From: Octopus sinensis
Taxonomy: Eukaryota
NCBI RefSeq assembly: GCF_006345805.1
Contig: NW_021835989.1
Coordinates: 154,488-218,487, forward strand
Direction of reading: 5' to 3'
DNA: 64,000 nucleotides
In this document: positions 25,030 through 35,986 of the stretch, piece by piece
Layout: each line of letters opens with the position of its first letter
How positions within the stretch are numbered: position 1 is the stretch's first letter
Program-made: the position numbers and the translations under genes
The notes under the pieces: generated by a model
The model's input: the letters and a program-made list of their open reading frames with translations, nothing else
What the model was told of the DNA's origin: nothing
Database searches by the model: none

Positions 25030-26500
25030 TATTGGTGGTATCTAATGTCGCACTTCAGGCTTATGTCAGGATATTAATGAATACGACAACATTAAAAAGA
25101 TATTATGTGGAATTCAAATGAGGATACCAATACTCAGAGGAATCGCAGATTGCGAAAAAAATCCTCACATTTTTTCGTGAGGAACAATAAGTTTTACGTT
25201 TAATCTAATTTTATTTATACGTTTTTCTGAAAGGAAATATTGAAAATTGGTTATTCCTCTCGACTGTGAGTCAGAGATGGAAGCCCACGCCAGGTCGCTG
25301 CATGTGATCTCGCATAAAGGGATAAACAAAATAGAATTTCTCTGCCGTCAAAACTACTTTTATAAAAAGTAGCGTTAATAAAAAGTTATTACTGAATGTG
25401 AGATATGTAAGTTTTCCCTCCCTCTTAAAGTTGTCCTTTTTAAATAACGTTTTAGACTGTTGACGAGAATAATCATGTTTTTTGCCGTTGTTCCAAATGA
25501 GCGGTTTCAGATTGATCTGATAGATTTGAAAAGGTTTCAAAGTGTCAACCAAGGATATAAATGGATCTTATCCGTGATTGATATTTATAGTCGGTATTAA
25601 TTTATATATAACCAAATTAGTTTCGCCTTTGCAAGGCCATTGCTTAATAAGTCGGCAATTGAAGTATGCCACAATTTGGAGGATCTTTTCTACGTACATG
25701 GGCCATGTAAAATTCTACAGTCGGACAACGGGACAAAATTTAAAAAATGCAGAAATTCAAGTTTATGTCAAAGGTTCAGAATACTTCACATTCATGGAAG
25801 ACCAAACAATACTATTCTACCAATTAATTTTTAGGGTATAGTGGAACGTTTTAATCAAACGATAACAAGATCAATCGTCAAACTTATTGAAGAAATGGGA
25901 ATCATAATGAATGGATGTCGATTCTACAGTATGCAGTTTACTGCTACAATACGACAATGCATTCGTTCTCGAATGAGACACCTTTAAACGCTATCGAGGA
26001 ATTTCGGGGATAATTCCTTCATATGGACGAAATCACAGAAGGTGATACATTTAGACTTACTTTTAGACTCAGTGACGAGCTTGATTGACGATTCAACTAT
26101 TTCTGAATCCACTCATCAAAGCGGTTTAAATTCATAAATTACAATATTGTAGAATGCTTTAATTTTCAGATAACTCCAATAGGAGGTGACGACAAATACT
26201 ACAAGCGTATGAATAGAAGAATGGGTGTCCATTGTTCGAATATACAGTTATGCTATTGGAGATAAGTTAAAATTAATGTGAATTTAATTTAGGTACGATT
26301 TGCTAAAGATCACGGAACGAATCCATCTTTGAGACTCGATAAGTTCGAGTCCCATATTTCTGAGACTTGCAAAATAATCTCAATTTTATCAAATTCACGT
26401 GTCGAGGTATTCATCAAATTTATGTTTGCATCAAATTTCCCGATGGAAGAAGAACATCGTATTAATGTCTAGGATAAAAAATGATTATCTTTGTTTTTCT
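25030..26500 (+). mobile_element. Ginger/KRBA2-like DDE integrase gene with micro-introns, degenerate
   Basis: HHCC finger (LHVISHKG...CEIC), ERFQIDLIDL, WILSVIDIYSR|FAFARPL, ILQSDNGTKF, HGRP, VERFNQT and YNTTMHS. No RT or LTR seen; TIRs not identified. Confidence 0.75.
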
Positions 26501-26775
26501 CTTAATAAAGTTTTCTTCATTATCCAAAGAATATGTCTTAAACAAATAGAAATCACAGTTTCTCTTATTTTTTCCTGTATGTCATTATTGAAATTTGCTG
26601 AATTGAAACACATTTTTAATCTGATTAGATACAATATCAAATATTGTCAGCCATCTATGATATCATTATCAAAAAATATATAATAGCAAATTTTTTTCAA
26701 ATCGAGATTCATTTCAACAAATTCCAATAATATCCGTCTATAAATAAATTTAACTTTATGTGCTCTATAATCAAA

Positions 26776-27722
26776 ATGAAATCATGTAAAATTTGCGGAG
26801 CCAGAGCTAATGGAACACACTATTCTGTCAGAAGTTGTCACGGGTGCAAAAATTTTTTTCAGTATATTTTTGTATAATTTATTATTAGAAGATGCATCAA
26901 CAATAAATACATGTTCTTTTGCAGATTGAGGGAAATTGCATTTTAACACAAAACAAGAAATATTGCAGATTTTGTAGGCTAAAAAAATGTTTAGAAATGG
27001 GAATGACAAAACATGGTTATTCAATTTATTAACTTTAGAAATTAAAATACATTTTCAATATCTTATGAGGTACAGATATTTCCAAGCCAGTTTATTACGT
27101 ACGAAACTGAACTGCAAGTTGAATTATTCATAACAATTGTTAGAAATATTTCGATTTTAACTGCTTAAATTGCTTTTTAATGAGAACTTGTGTAAGCCAA
27201 ATTAGAAAAATTGTTTTCTAAATTTGACCAAAAATGGATTGAAATTTTGGTTCAAAGTGAAAATCTGATCGCCCAGATTGTGGGATCATATATATAATTA
27301 TTTTTAGGACGTCGAAATGGTCTCTAAGAATTATTTTCATTTCCATTTTTCTAACTGCTGTTTGAGTCAAATTTCGAAAAATTCTTCCCACAAACTCACG
27401 TTAATATGAATTGTAACAATGGTCCGATCTTAAGCATACTGAAACAGTTTAAAGAATTGTATCAAGCTATTACTGATTTACATATTACGAAAGAAGAATA
27501 TTTCTATTTAAAAATTATTTATTTTTCAAATTTTGTAAATTTTTAATGATATTCTTAGATTCAGACGAGGTGAATGATTGTGAGCCTATACTATTCAAAT
27601 ATCTTGCATTATTAGAAAAAAATTGCATTTCACGGAAAAAATTAATCACAAAAGTTTTAATTTTGTTACCGGATTTCGAAAATCTTTCTTTAACATTTAA
27701 AAACTTTTTAATTCTCTATTAA
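26776..27722 (+). CDS. Divergent nuclear hormone receptor (C4 DBD plus short LBD), copy 1
   Basis: MKSCKICGARANGTHYSVRSCHGCKNFFQ|RC...CRFEGNC...RNNCRFCRLKKCLEMGM, with a 27-nt intron restoring frame. LBD-like ITKEEYFYLKIILFF and KVLILLPDFENLS. Confidence 0.9.
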
Positions 27723-28399
27723 TTTTAAAATTCTATTAATTTCAAAATTCTATACAAAAATGTCAATAAAACAACAGGTATAGATTTAGAATTATCTAAT
27801 TTGATAAAATATGTGATATCGCTTAAAAAGATTTAGCTGGCTTTTTTACAATTCTTAAATTCAAATATTGTGAGAAAATATTGCAAAAATATATGCAAAT
27901 ATGCAAAGAAACTTAAATTCAATTGCTTTAGAGAAACAGCAACCAATCGGTAATATTAATAAATATAATAATCGTTATAGTATTTTTCTAGAATCAACAA
28001 ATTACTGTAAAACTGGAATTCAATCTGTCTGATCTCTTAGCAAAGTCTCATATTTATTACCCTAAAATTGAGACTAAAAAGACTTTCCCGCATTTAAAAC
28101 GACCAAGTTCAATCAAACTAAATTGAGAAAATAGACATCAAAATAATTTTATTTAATTTGCTAAGAACTAAGTGCTCAAACTTCAATTTGTGATAAACTT
28201 AGTTAGTAAAATATTTTTATCAATTATTCGTTTTCTTCTGATTTTTGAGAAGTGAAACTACATTTTAATCTGATTAGATACAATATCAATAAACACACAG
28301 GTATAGATTTAGAATTATCTAATTTGATAAAATATGTGATATCGCTTAAAAGATTTAGCTGGCTTTTTTACAATTCTTTAAATTCAAATATTTGTTATT

Positions 28400-28990
28400 C
28401 TCTCTCTTTGCGATAGCTGAAAGTTCACTCACTGAATTAATTCACGCTGATGACAGTGCCGCATGTCTGAGTTTTCAGAAATCATATGAAACACATGGAA
28501 GTAATAATCTACTAGGATTAAAAAATTAATAAAATTTTGCGACTTTTGCTTGTTCGAATTTTAGAAAAAAATTGAAATCGTCACGTTCATACACAAATCC
28601 AAAGCAACGAATATGGTCATAATGATTCTTTTCAGGCATAAAAGTAATTGCCGAAGCTTTTCGGACAAATCTAACACACAAACATCATCTTCTAGGGTGT
28701 CCATCGCCGATTCGCTGAAAAGCTCGCTCATCTCCCTCCGGTCGTTTGTTTTCAAAAAATTCTCCTACCAATGTCAGTGAGAAGTTGATTCGCTGCCTTT
28801 TCGACGATTCCAGAAAGTTCAATTGCGAGGGGAAAATTTAATAGTGTATTTCGTCTTCTATGATCCTTTGGCATTGGCGGAGCCCGGGTTTCCGACTGTC
28901 TTGTGTAGAATCGTCACAGAAAACGAGTTGATTCAAGTGGAATCTCAAACCAGGAACTTGCCCTTCCTAAAAGAAAGGTAGTCCTCTGTC
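28400..28990 (-). mobile_element. CRE-like retrotransposon 3' end (RLE C-terminus plus 3' UTR) containing the hAT empty site
   Basis: FPLAIELSGIVEKAANQLLTDIGRRIF...REMSELF matches the FxPLAxExxG RLE motif. DNA is near-identical to 19790-19837 joined to 21695-22046. Confidence 0.65.
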
Positions 28991-29675
28991 GGAAAAAAAT
29001 AATTAAAGTACAAAACAAATTAAATATATTTAAGGAAAAAGAAAAATTTCTTTTTCTTGAAAAGAGTTATTTCCAATTTTCCGTCGATCTTGTTTCTCAA
29101 AACCATATTTCAAACTGTGTCGTCTTTGAAGCTGTAGTTATAACACTAACCCGTAATTAAAGTGATATTTATGAATATTTCAGCGTACTCAGTTGATAAC
29201 AATGTTTTTGAATAATTGCTTAGAATTTCATAATTTTGTTTTAGAATCCTACAAGTTTCACAACATTGTTAACTATACCCTATGTGGGAGCGGTTGTTTT
29301 TTGTTCAGATACAAAAGTGACTTATGATCTAAACACCCCGGACGAAAAATGTGATGAATTTTTGTATTAACAAATCAGCAATGGCAATTTGATCACAATC
29401 TCCTAGACCAGCGGATCTTTTAAACTACTTAGTCATATTTTCAAAATCTGGTACGAATTAGATGTCGAGGTCCGCAACAACTGACTTAGATTGACATCCG
29501 TTGGTCTATTGCGGTATTTGTTCTTAATTTTAGCCATTTTGGTAAAATAAGGCACTCAACTCTAAATGTGTTGTCAAATCACTTAATTTCATGATTTAGG
29601 GAGTTCGTCCTTATCCAATTGGACGATAGATTTCAACGATTTTTAAACATGTTCCATTTTTATTGTTTTTGGAAT

Positions 29676-29950
29676 TCAATTTTCCTGATGAATGACATGG
29701 CAGATAGCCAGAGTATTGCCTCTGACTATGGCTATAGATATTCTTTCGATTAAATACCGGTGCTCACACGGGTCGCCGGTAACCCTTTCGATTAATGAGG
29801 CAATGTGCTGGAGTAAGGTCCGAGTAGAAGGCCCCTGTATTCCTGACGTCTCGACAGCCAGGGGGACAAACACTCTGCCATTCCCAATTCCAGCGTATTT
29901 CTCAGCTTTTCTCTTCTCAGCCCGTTCAGACGGGGCTCCCGGACTCATTT
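29676..29950 (-). mobile_element. CRE-like retrotransposon RLE C-terminus (second subfamily)
   Basis: PGAPSERAEKRKAEKY...FVPLAVETSG.QGP...IERVTGDP..HRYLIERISIAIVRGN. Confidence 0.8.
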
Positions 29951-29959
29951 TTATCGAAA

Positions 29960-30662
29960 AATGACAAATTTGTTTATTTGTTGTGGTGGTGTAATTTTTT
30001 CCCCATTTGTGATTTTGTCACTTCATTGTTGTTCTTCATTGTACTGTCTCATTTTCTGTGTATCCCATTGTATTGTCTTATTTTCTGTGTATCCTATGAT
30101 TCTATTCTAATCTATTCATGGAAAAAGTAGATAATCCCACATGCCTTTCTTGCGAAAAATCGAACAGACGGAAACGTGGAATTAATTGCTCGACCTGTGA
30201 GAATTTTTTTTCCATCTTTCTTGTATTGGTCTCAAGAGGAAGCAGGGATTTGCCCTCCAGACGTGGAATTGCCCTTCGTGCGTAGTTCCTGGATGGTGTC
30301 CACCTCCTTTTGCCCTTCCGTCTCTGATGCAGAGAATTTCCTTCCTGCGATATCTGTCCGCTTGCGACGGTGCAGGTACATCCCGTCAGGATTCCGAAGA
30401 CAGTAAGGTTACTTGCTGCGGAGAGTCTTGCCACCTTGATCGGAAATGTCACGAAGAAACACTCCGACGCAAATGCGAAATTGTGACTGTCAACACGGAC
30501 GAACTTTCCTTTCGTAAGTGGATGACCGAATTCGACAAACTGCTACCTGGATGCACCTTCCCCCTCAAAGAAAACTTGATTTTTCTTGGATCTCCTATTT
30601 TTGAAAGTGCTATCAAAGCTGTTATGAAGGCTAAAATTTCGGAATTTTCCCTTCTCTCTTAA
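29960..30662 (+). mobile_element. CRE-like retrotransposon 5' part: PHD-like finger joined to the end of RT, opposite orientation to 29676-29950
   Basis: CLSCEK...INCSTCENFFHLSCIGL...WNCPSC (PHD-like; clearer in copy 2), RRCRYIP, then CEIVTVN...LIFLGSPIFESAI. Short CTGTGTATCC repeats upstream. Confidence 0.6.
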
Positions 30663-30842
30663 AATTACGTTGTGTGGATAGCCTGACGATTCTAAAAGTA
30701 TAAACAACAACAGTTAAGTACAAATAAATTTTAAAACTGAAATAATGTACGGAAACGACACCTTAATAAAGATTAAATCCAAAGAATATTAGAATACATA
30801 ATTTAATAGACTACACGAATAGGAAAAAATAAATAAGACAGT

Positions 30843-33325
30843 CTACACATTGGAGACGGCATTCTTAGTGACACTCTCGAGAAAGCCCTCGAGAGCCACA
30901 TCATCCGTCAACACCAAATACGAGTCCTCACTACTCCTCGAAGGATTCACTTTATTCAGCAGAAATCTCTCCTGTGACCCATCATGCCTCGTCTGTATCA
31001 ACCGAGCCACTGGGAATCGACCAACCAATATTTTCTTGGCATCCTCCAAGGGGACAGTGAACAGTTTATCCAGATAGGAATACTCTTGCCTCTTGTGTAG
31101 TTGCTGGTCGTAGTAATAGGCCACAGCACGTCCGAAATATATCAAGACAGAGAAGAATGTGTCCATCAAGAGAACATGATCCTCCTTTATACTCGAGGCG
31201 TCCAGTGGGGCATTCTGCACACAGAACTCGATTCCATTGTTGGTCACCAAAAAGGAGTAGGATTTGAGACAGGTTGAATCATTATGAGAGAGTTGGTCAC
31301 ATTCTCCGACATGAAAATATGTCTGTTGTAGGATGTCTCGTCGGGACTGTTTTACTTGTCCGTGAAAACTGAGACCGACGGAGGTGGAATACAAATTGGG
31401 GGACCATTGTGAAACGGGGGTGGAATCTGTACGACTGAGGACAGTTCGCCTGGTAGTCCCCGAATTGAGCACACTACACTTAACCACCACAACAAACCAA
31501 TTGAACCAGACATTTGTCAAAGTAACGAGCTATTTTGAATGTATAATCACAACTCGCTTGATATAGACCTTTCCTTGTCAGTAAAACAGTCCCAGCAAAT
31601 TGGTCAAAGTAGTGGGGAATCATGTGACTCTCATTGGGGCCAGACCAACTAGAACATTCGAGAATAATCCACTACTTTCTAGCCACCGTCGTCACTCGGA
31701 GATGTCTTCGTCCATCAGTATGCTGATAGTTGGTCATAAACTGAAAGTAGGCCTGTCCACTGGGAGTGACATTCTTCTTATTCTCATTCCCGAAATAGAA
31801 GGCCAGAGTAGTGCGGGTGTGAGTGCACATACTTTCCACAAAACTGTGCCTCCACTCCCAATCACAGTGGAGGACACAGTCGAGTCCTTCTGAGAGTGCG
31901 ACTGGACATGTCCGATAGCCCCGTTGATGACCAAATCTCCACTCACCTTCACCTTCACAGCAGCATTGAGTCCCATTTGTAATTGTCCGTGAGAATCCTG
32001 CTGGAAAAGTGCCCGAATATTCTGGACAAACAACTCCGAATCGAACGAATCGGCCAGAATGATATTCCCTCTGGCATTACCCAGCATTATACCCAGTCGA
32101 GTCCACACACGCCGACATTTCGTGGATGCCCGTCTCCTTGGGAGTGCACGAAAATATATCCACTGCCTGCCCGTTCTGGGATGCCCTCTCTGCCAGCCGA
32201 GAATAATGCTACAACACAACACGACTGCCACCTTCATTGCTGTGCTCATATACTCACAGTTGTCTGTCAATATGTCGTGGTGGGTTCGGATTGGCTTCTT
32301 CAAGTCATCACTGCACACTTGGCCAGGCCCAGTCGTGCATGGCCCGCCTGTGAAGAGCAGAATTCTCCCTCCCAGGTTAGGAGTCAACACTTCCAGGAGA
32401 CTTATAGCCAGGGAGAGTGCTGAGCCTGTTGCTCTCAGTGGGTGTCTTCCTTCCGTCACATTCCACACATCCTGACTCAAATCAGTTATCAAATCTCCCA
32501 AATTGGCATCACATTCCTCCAAACGTTGCAAAAATCTAAATATTTTAATACTCAAACTTATTTTCAGTCACAGTACAACTCGATCTACTCGAATCGACAT
32601 TCTCCAGCCCCAGAAAACTCTACTAAACTGGAATACAGGATCTGACCTTAAGTTGGTCCTTTGAGTATGTTTTCGACCCTTTGAAGACATAAGCCCGGGC
32701 CACATCCTCACAAAAGAGTTCATGAATGTACACAACACGGAAAAGGAGATCAGCCCGACATATGCCTGTTGGGGCAGCAGGGCAAGGGTGGTGGAAAGCG
32801 TCTCCCTCAGTGACGACATCTCCACTTCATCAAGACACGTGTCCACCACAAATAGAAAGACGGAAGGACGTGGTGGAACTTTCTAGAACATTCGAGAACA
32901 TAAAGAACGAGAATATATTCCACGGAAGGAAGTACAAGTTCAGCAACTTTGTTTTGTTCCGTCATTCCGTGATAGTGCGGAGGCATCTACAACTGGTGGG
33001 AAATACAATTACCATGTTTCTTCCGTGACAAAAACAGCAAATCCAGGCGTGTTGTTGATAGTTGATTTGGCTGGAATATACAAGAATAATACCAGTGGAG
33101 GTTAAGGATGCCCTCACATTGGTGTGTTGGGCATTTAAGAGGCTCGTAGGGAAGTTGAATTGTTGTCTTTGGGTTGGCAAGGGGAGTGAGTAGACAGCCC
33201 ATTGGGATTATTGTACGACTGGCCTCTGTTCGGGATGATGGGAGGAGATTCCATGAAAAGCGTACTCCACATGTCTCCTCTGTATCGTTTATAAACTTGT
33301 CTAGTGCTCGGTAATGGTCTTCCAT
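30843..33325 (-). CDS. SEC23: COPII coat subunit Sec23, copy 1
   Basis: [98 protein letters not shown] and [13 protein letters not shown]. Confidence 0.95.
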
Positions 33326-33489
33326 TTATAATTAAAATGTCGTTTTTATAAACCACTAAAGATAATACACGACTTGAATATATTTAAATTTTAAATATTA
33401 TTTTACTAAAAAAATAATTTATTTTATATTTTAAAATAAGGATTAATTCACAAAGAAAATGAATTTATTTATCTAAATAACTTATTAAC

Positions 33490-35115
33490 TGTGTGTCAAG
33501 TGTGGGCGTCATCTGCCCGTGTCGCAGTGCTTCAAATCAAATATGGAAAAAATCTCAACTCAGTGCTCTCCATTATAAATTTATATGACAAATACCGAAG
33601 AGCTGGACGACCTCTATTCGACCCTCACGAGTGTATACAGCTCGCTTTCCGCTTCTCTCTCATGTTTGTTGGCGGAGACTGGAAGGCTAGGGCTGGAACT
33701 GCCAAACCTAGGGAAACATGCATTGGAGATTATGGAATAAACCGCCGCAACCTCCTCGGAGAATCCATGATACAATTTGCTTATGCAATACTTGCTTCAA
33801 GCACCCGGCAAGGCATAAAACCACCTGGACTGGGTTTAGAAAAGATAAACTTGGAAATACCATTCCGATTTATAACCAGATAGACTATATTCTTTGCAGG
33901 CAGCATCAAAAGGCCCTTCTGAAAAACTCGAGGTAATATGGTGGACTTGAAACCAGCAGACTTGTTGTGGCTCAGTTAATGCTGTACAGAATCCATGGAA
34001 TACGTGGATAGCCAAAGGCACTGCCCCGTACGATACTGAGAGGCTTGGATACGAAGAGTCCACCAAGCTTCGATATTGTACGACCCTGAAAAACAGCATC
34101 GACTGTATCGACCTAAATCAATCAGCTAACAAGATCTGGGAGGAAACAGTTACCGCAATACGGAATAACGCGGCTGACGTCTTGGGTTCCACACATGGAG
34201 CCATTAAAAAGTTGAACGCCGGAAGATCCGCAGGGCCAGACAATATCCCGGCAGAACTGATAAAACACACACCAGTGGAGCTAGCTAGCTCTCTTCAGGA
34301 AGACAATCCGTTGGATCTTGAAAAAGGATGGCTAATACCATTACATAAATCCGGGAAAGCTAAAGGCCTCGTTTGCAACTTTAGACCAATAATTATACTA
34401 ACTTCCATACGCAAAACATTATCCCTCATCGCATTACACCGGATAAAAAATAAAGTTAGCAAATTCCTATCCCCTGGCCAAAGTGGTTTTCGTACAGGCA
34501 TGTTTACTGCTGATATTGTTTGGGGGCACAGATGGTACTGCGCTCTATGCCGAAAATACAAAAAATCTATCGCAATACAAAAATCTATCGCATTGATATG
34601 TCTCGGGCGTTTGATTCTATACATAGGGGAAAACTTATCGAAGTTCTGAAGAGTTTTCTTCACCCTGACGACGTTAAAATAATACACATGCTCATGCAGA
34701 ACACTCATCTCTCTGTCAAACTTGGCAAATGCTGTTCAAACTTTTTTCGGACTTCTCGTGGAGTCCCACAAGGGGATTCGCTATCTCCCGTCCTTTTCGT
34801 TGTATATCTTGAAGCAGCACTAAGAGAGTTCAGAGCTCTCGTTGGAAACAATTATGAGGAGATTATTTACGCAGACGATCTGGACTTTGTTTCCGAGGAT
34901 ATTCAAACACTCCAGCACATTCTCAAATGGTTTTTATCCGTAAATTTCGATAAAACGGAATTTACAATGCTCACACGTACTGATCGTAGATCCGACGAAT
35001 CTTGGAAAGTAAAAGAAACTGGGCTCGTATCTAGGAGACTCAGAAGATGTTACTCGCAGGGAGATCCTTGCTATGAATGCATTAAGGGAATTAAGAAAGA
35101 CAGATTGTGCCAAAT
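33490..35115 (+). mobile_element. RTE-like LINE with APE endonuclease and RT, 3'-truncated, copy 1
   Basis: GGDWKARAG, CNTCFKHPARHKTTWTG, NQIDYIL, AGPDNIPAELIK, QSGFR, IDMSRAFDSI, GVPQGDSLSP and IYADDLDF. Confidence 0.88.
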
Positions 35116-35124
35116 AAAGGAGTG

Positions 35125-35986
35125 TTAAATGTCCAAATTGTCAAGCCTGTAGAGTCGAGCAGTGCCGTGTGCATCAGCGAGGGCGAGTAATGGAGAGATG
35201 GGAGAGAAGGCGAGAGTGGTGACGAGTCCGTAGTAGGGTAAATGTTGATAGACAGTGCGAGAGGAAGTATTAATCTAAATGAGTATGAATGTAAACCAGT
35301 CTGAGTGAATTGTGTCGGTGTGATGAGAGTATTGCGAGGAGTGAGTGAGTAGGGTGGAAAGTGGTGAGTGTGGGGGAGGTGAGCAAGTGAGTGAACTTGG
35401 CAGTGGGGGATGGATGTGAGTGAGTAATGCAATCAGTGGTGTTGTACATAGTGACGACTCCACTCGCACAGCTGGGAGTGTAAAAAAAGAATACCCGGAG
35501 GCAATATAGTGAGGGGACACAGCGAGACATGTGCCCCTGACACACCCCACATCGACGAATTTGTGACAACAGGCGTGCATTCGAGTGTCCCACACCCAGA
35601 CAACCCCATCGTCTGCCACCTCAATGCACTACTTAACCCCCATTCATCAATATTTGATTGTTTCCGTAAAAGTGGCTGGCGGAGGTGTGGTTGTTTCGTG
35701 TGTACGTCCGGACCATCTCCCGACTCTGAACATAACACAGCAACCAACATTCGAATCCATCACGTGCACTTGTCCCCGCCTGCTCCCCTGGAAGGCCAAC
35801 AACCTCCCATCCATGCTCTCACAAAATGCCCCCAAAGTGCCACTAATGCCTACACTCCCCACATACACACTACCTCGACCGGGGGGCACTATCGTCGCCT
35901 TTTCTGTCTCCAAGTCGTAGTGAAGGAACGACGTCGACTTGCCTGTCCCCACCACACACCCACTCCCCACGAATTTGGCCATTTTT
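35125..35986 (-). pseudogene. UTP18: UTP18 3' half, 5'-truncated by the duplication junction
   Basis: DDGVVWVWDTRMHACCHKFVDVGC..GTCLAVS..YIASG|CASGVV and TVYQHLP..GLVTTLAFSP...ADAHGTARLYRL. The sequence switches to hAT subterminal DNA at ~35986. Confidence 0.75.

Larger units (their letters stand above)
19870..35986. repeat. Tandem segmental duplication, unit 1 (~16.1 kb)
   Basis: Colinear near-identity with 35981-52211 over hAT, CRE, R4, integrase, nuclear receptor, SEC23, RTE and UTP18. Confidence 0.95.

Noticed and set aside
29000-29650. Sequence between CRE fragments that might be a small gene
   Set aside because: No sustained frame or motif on either strand.
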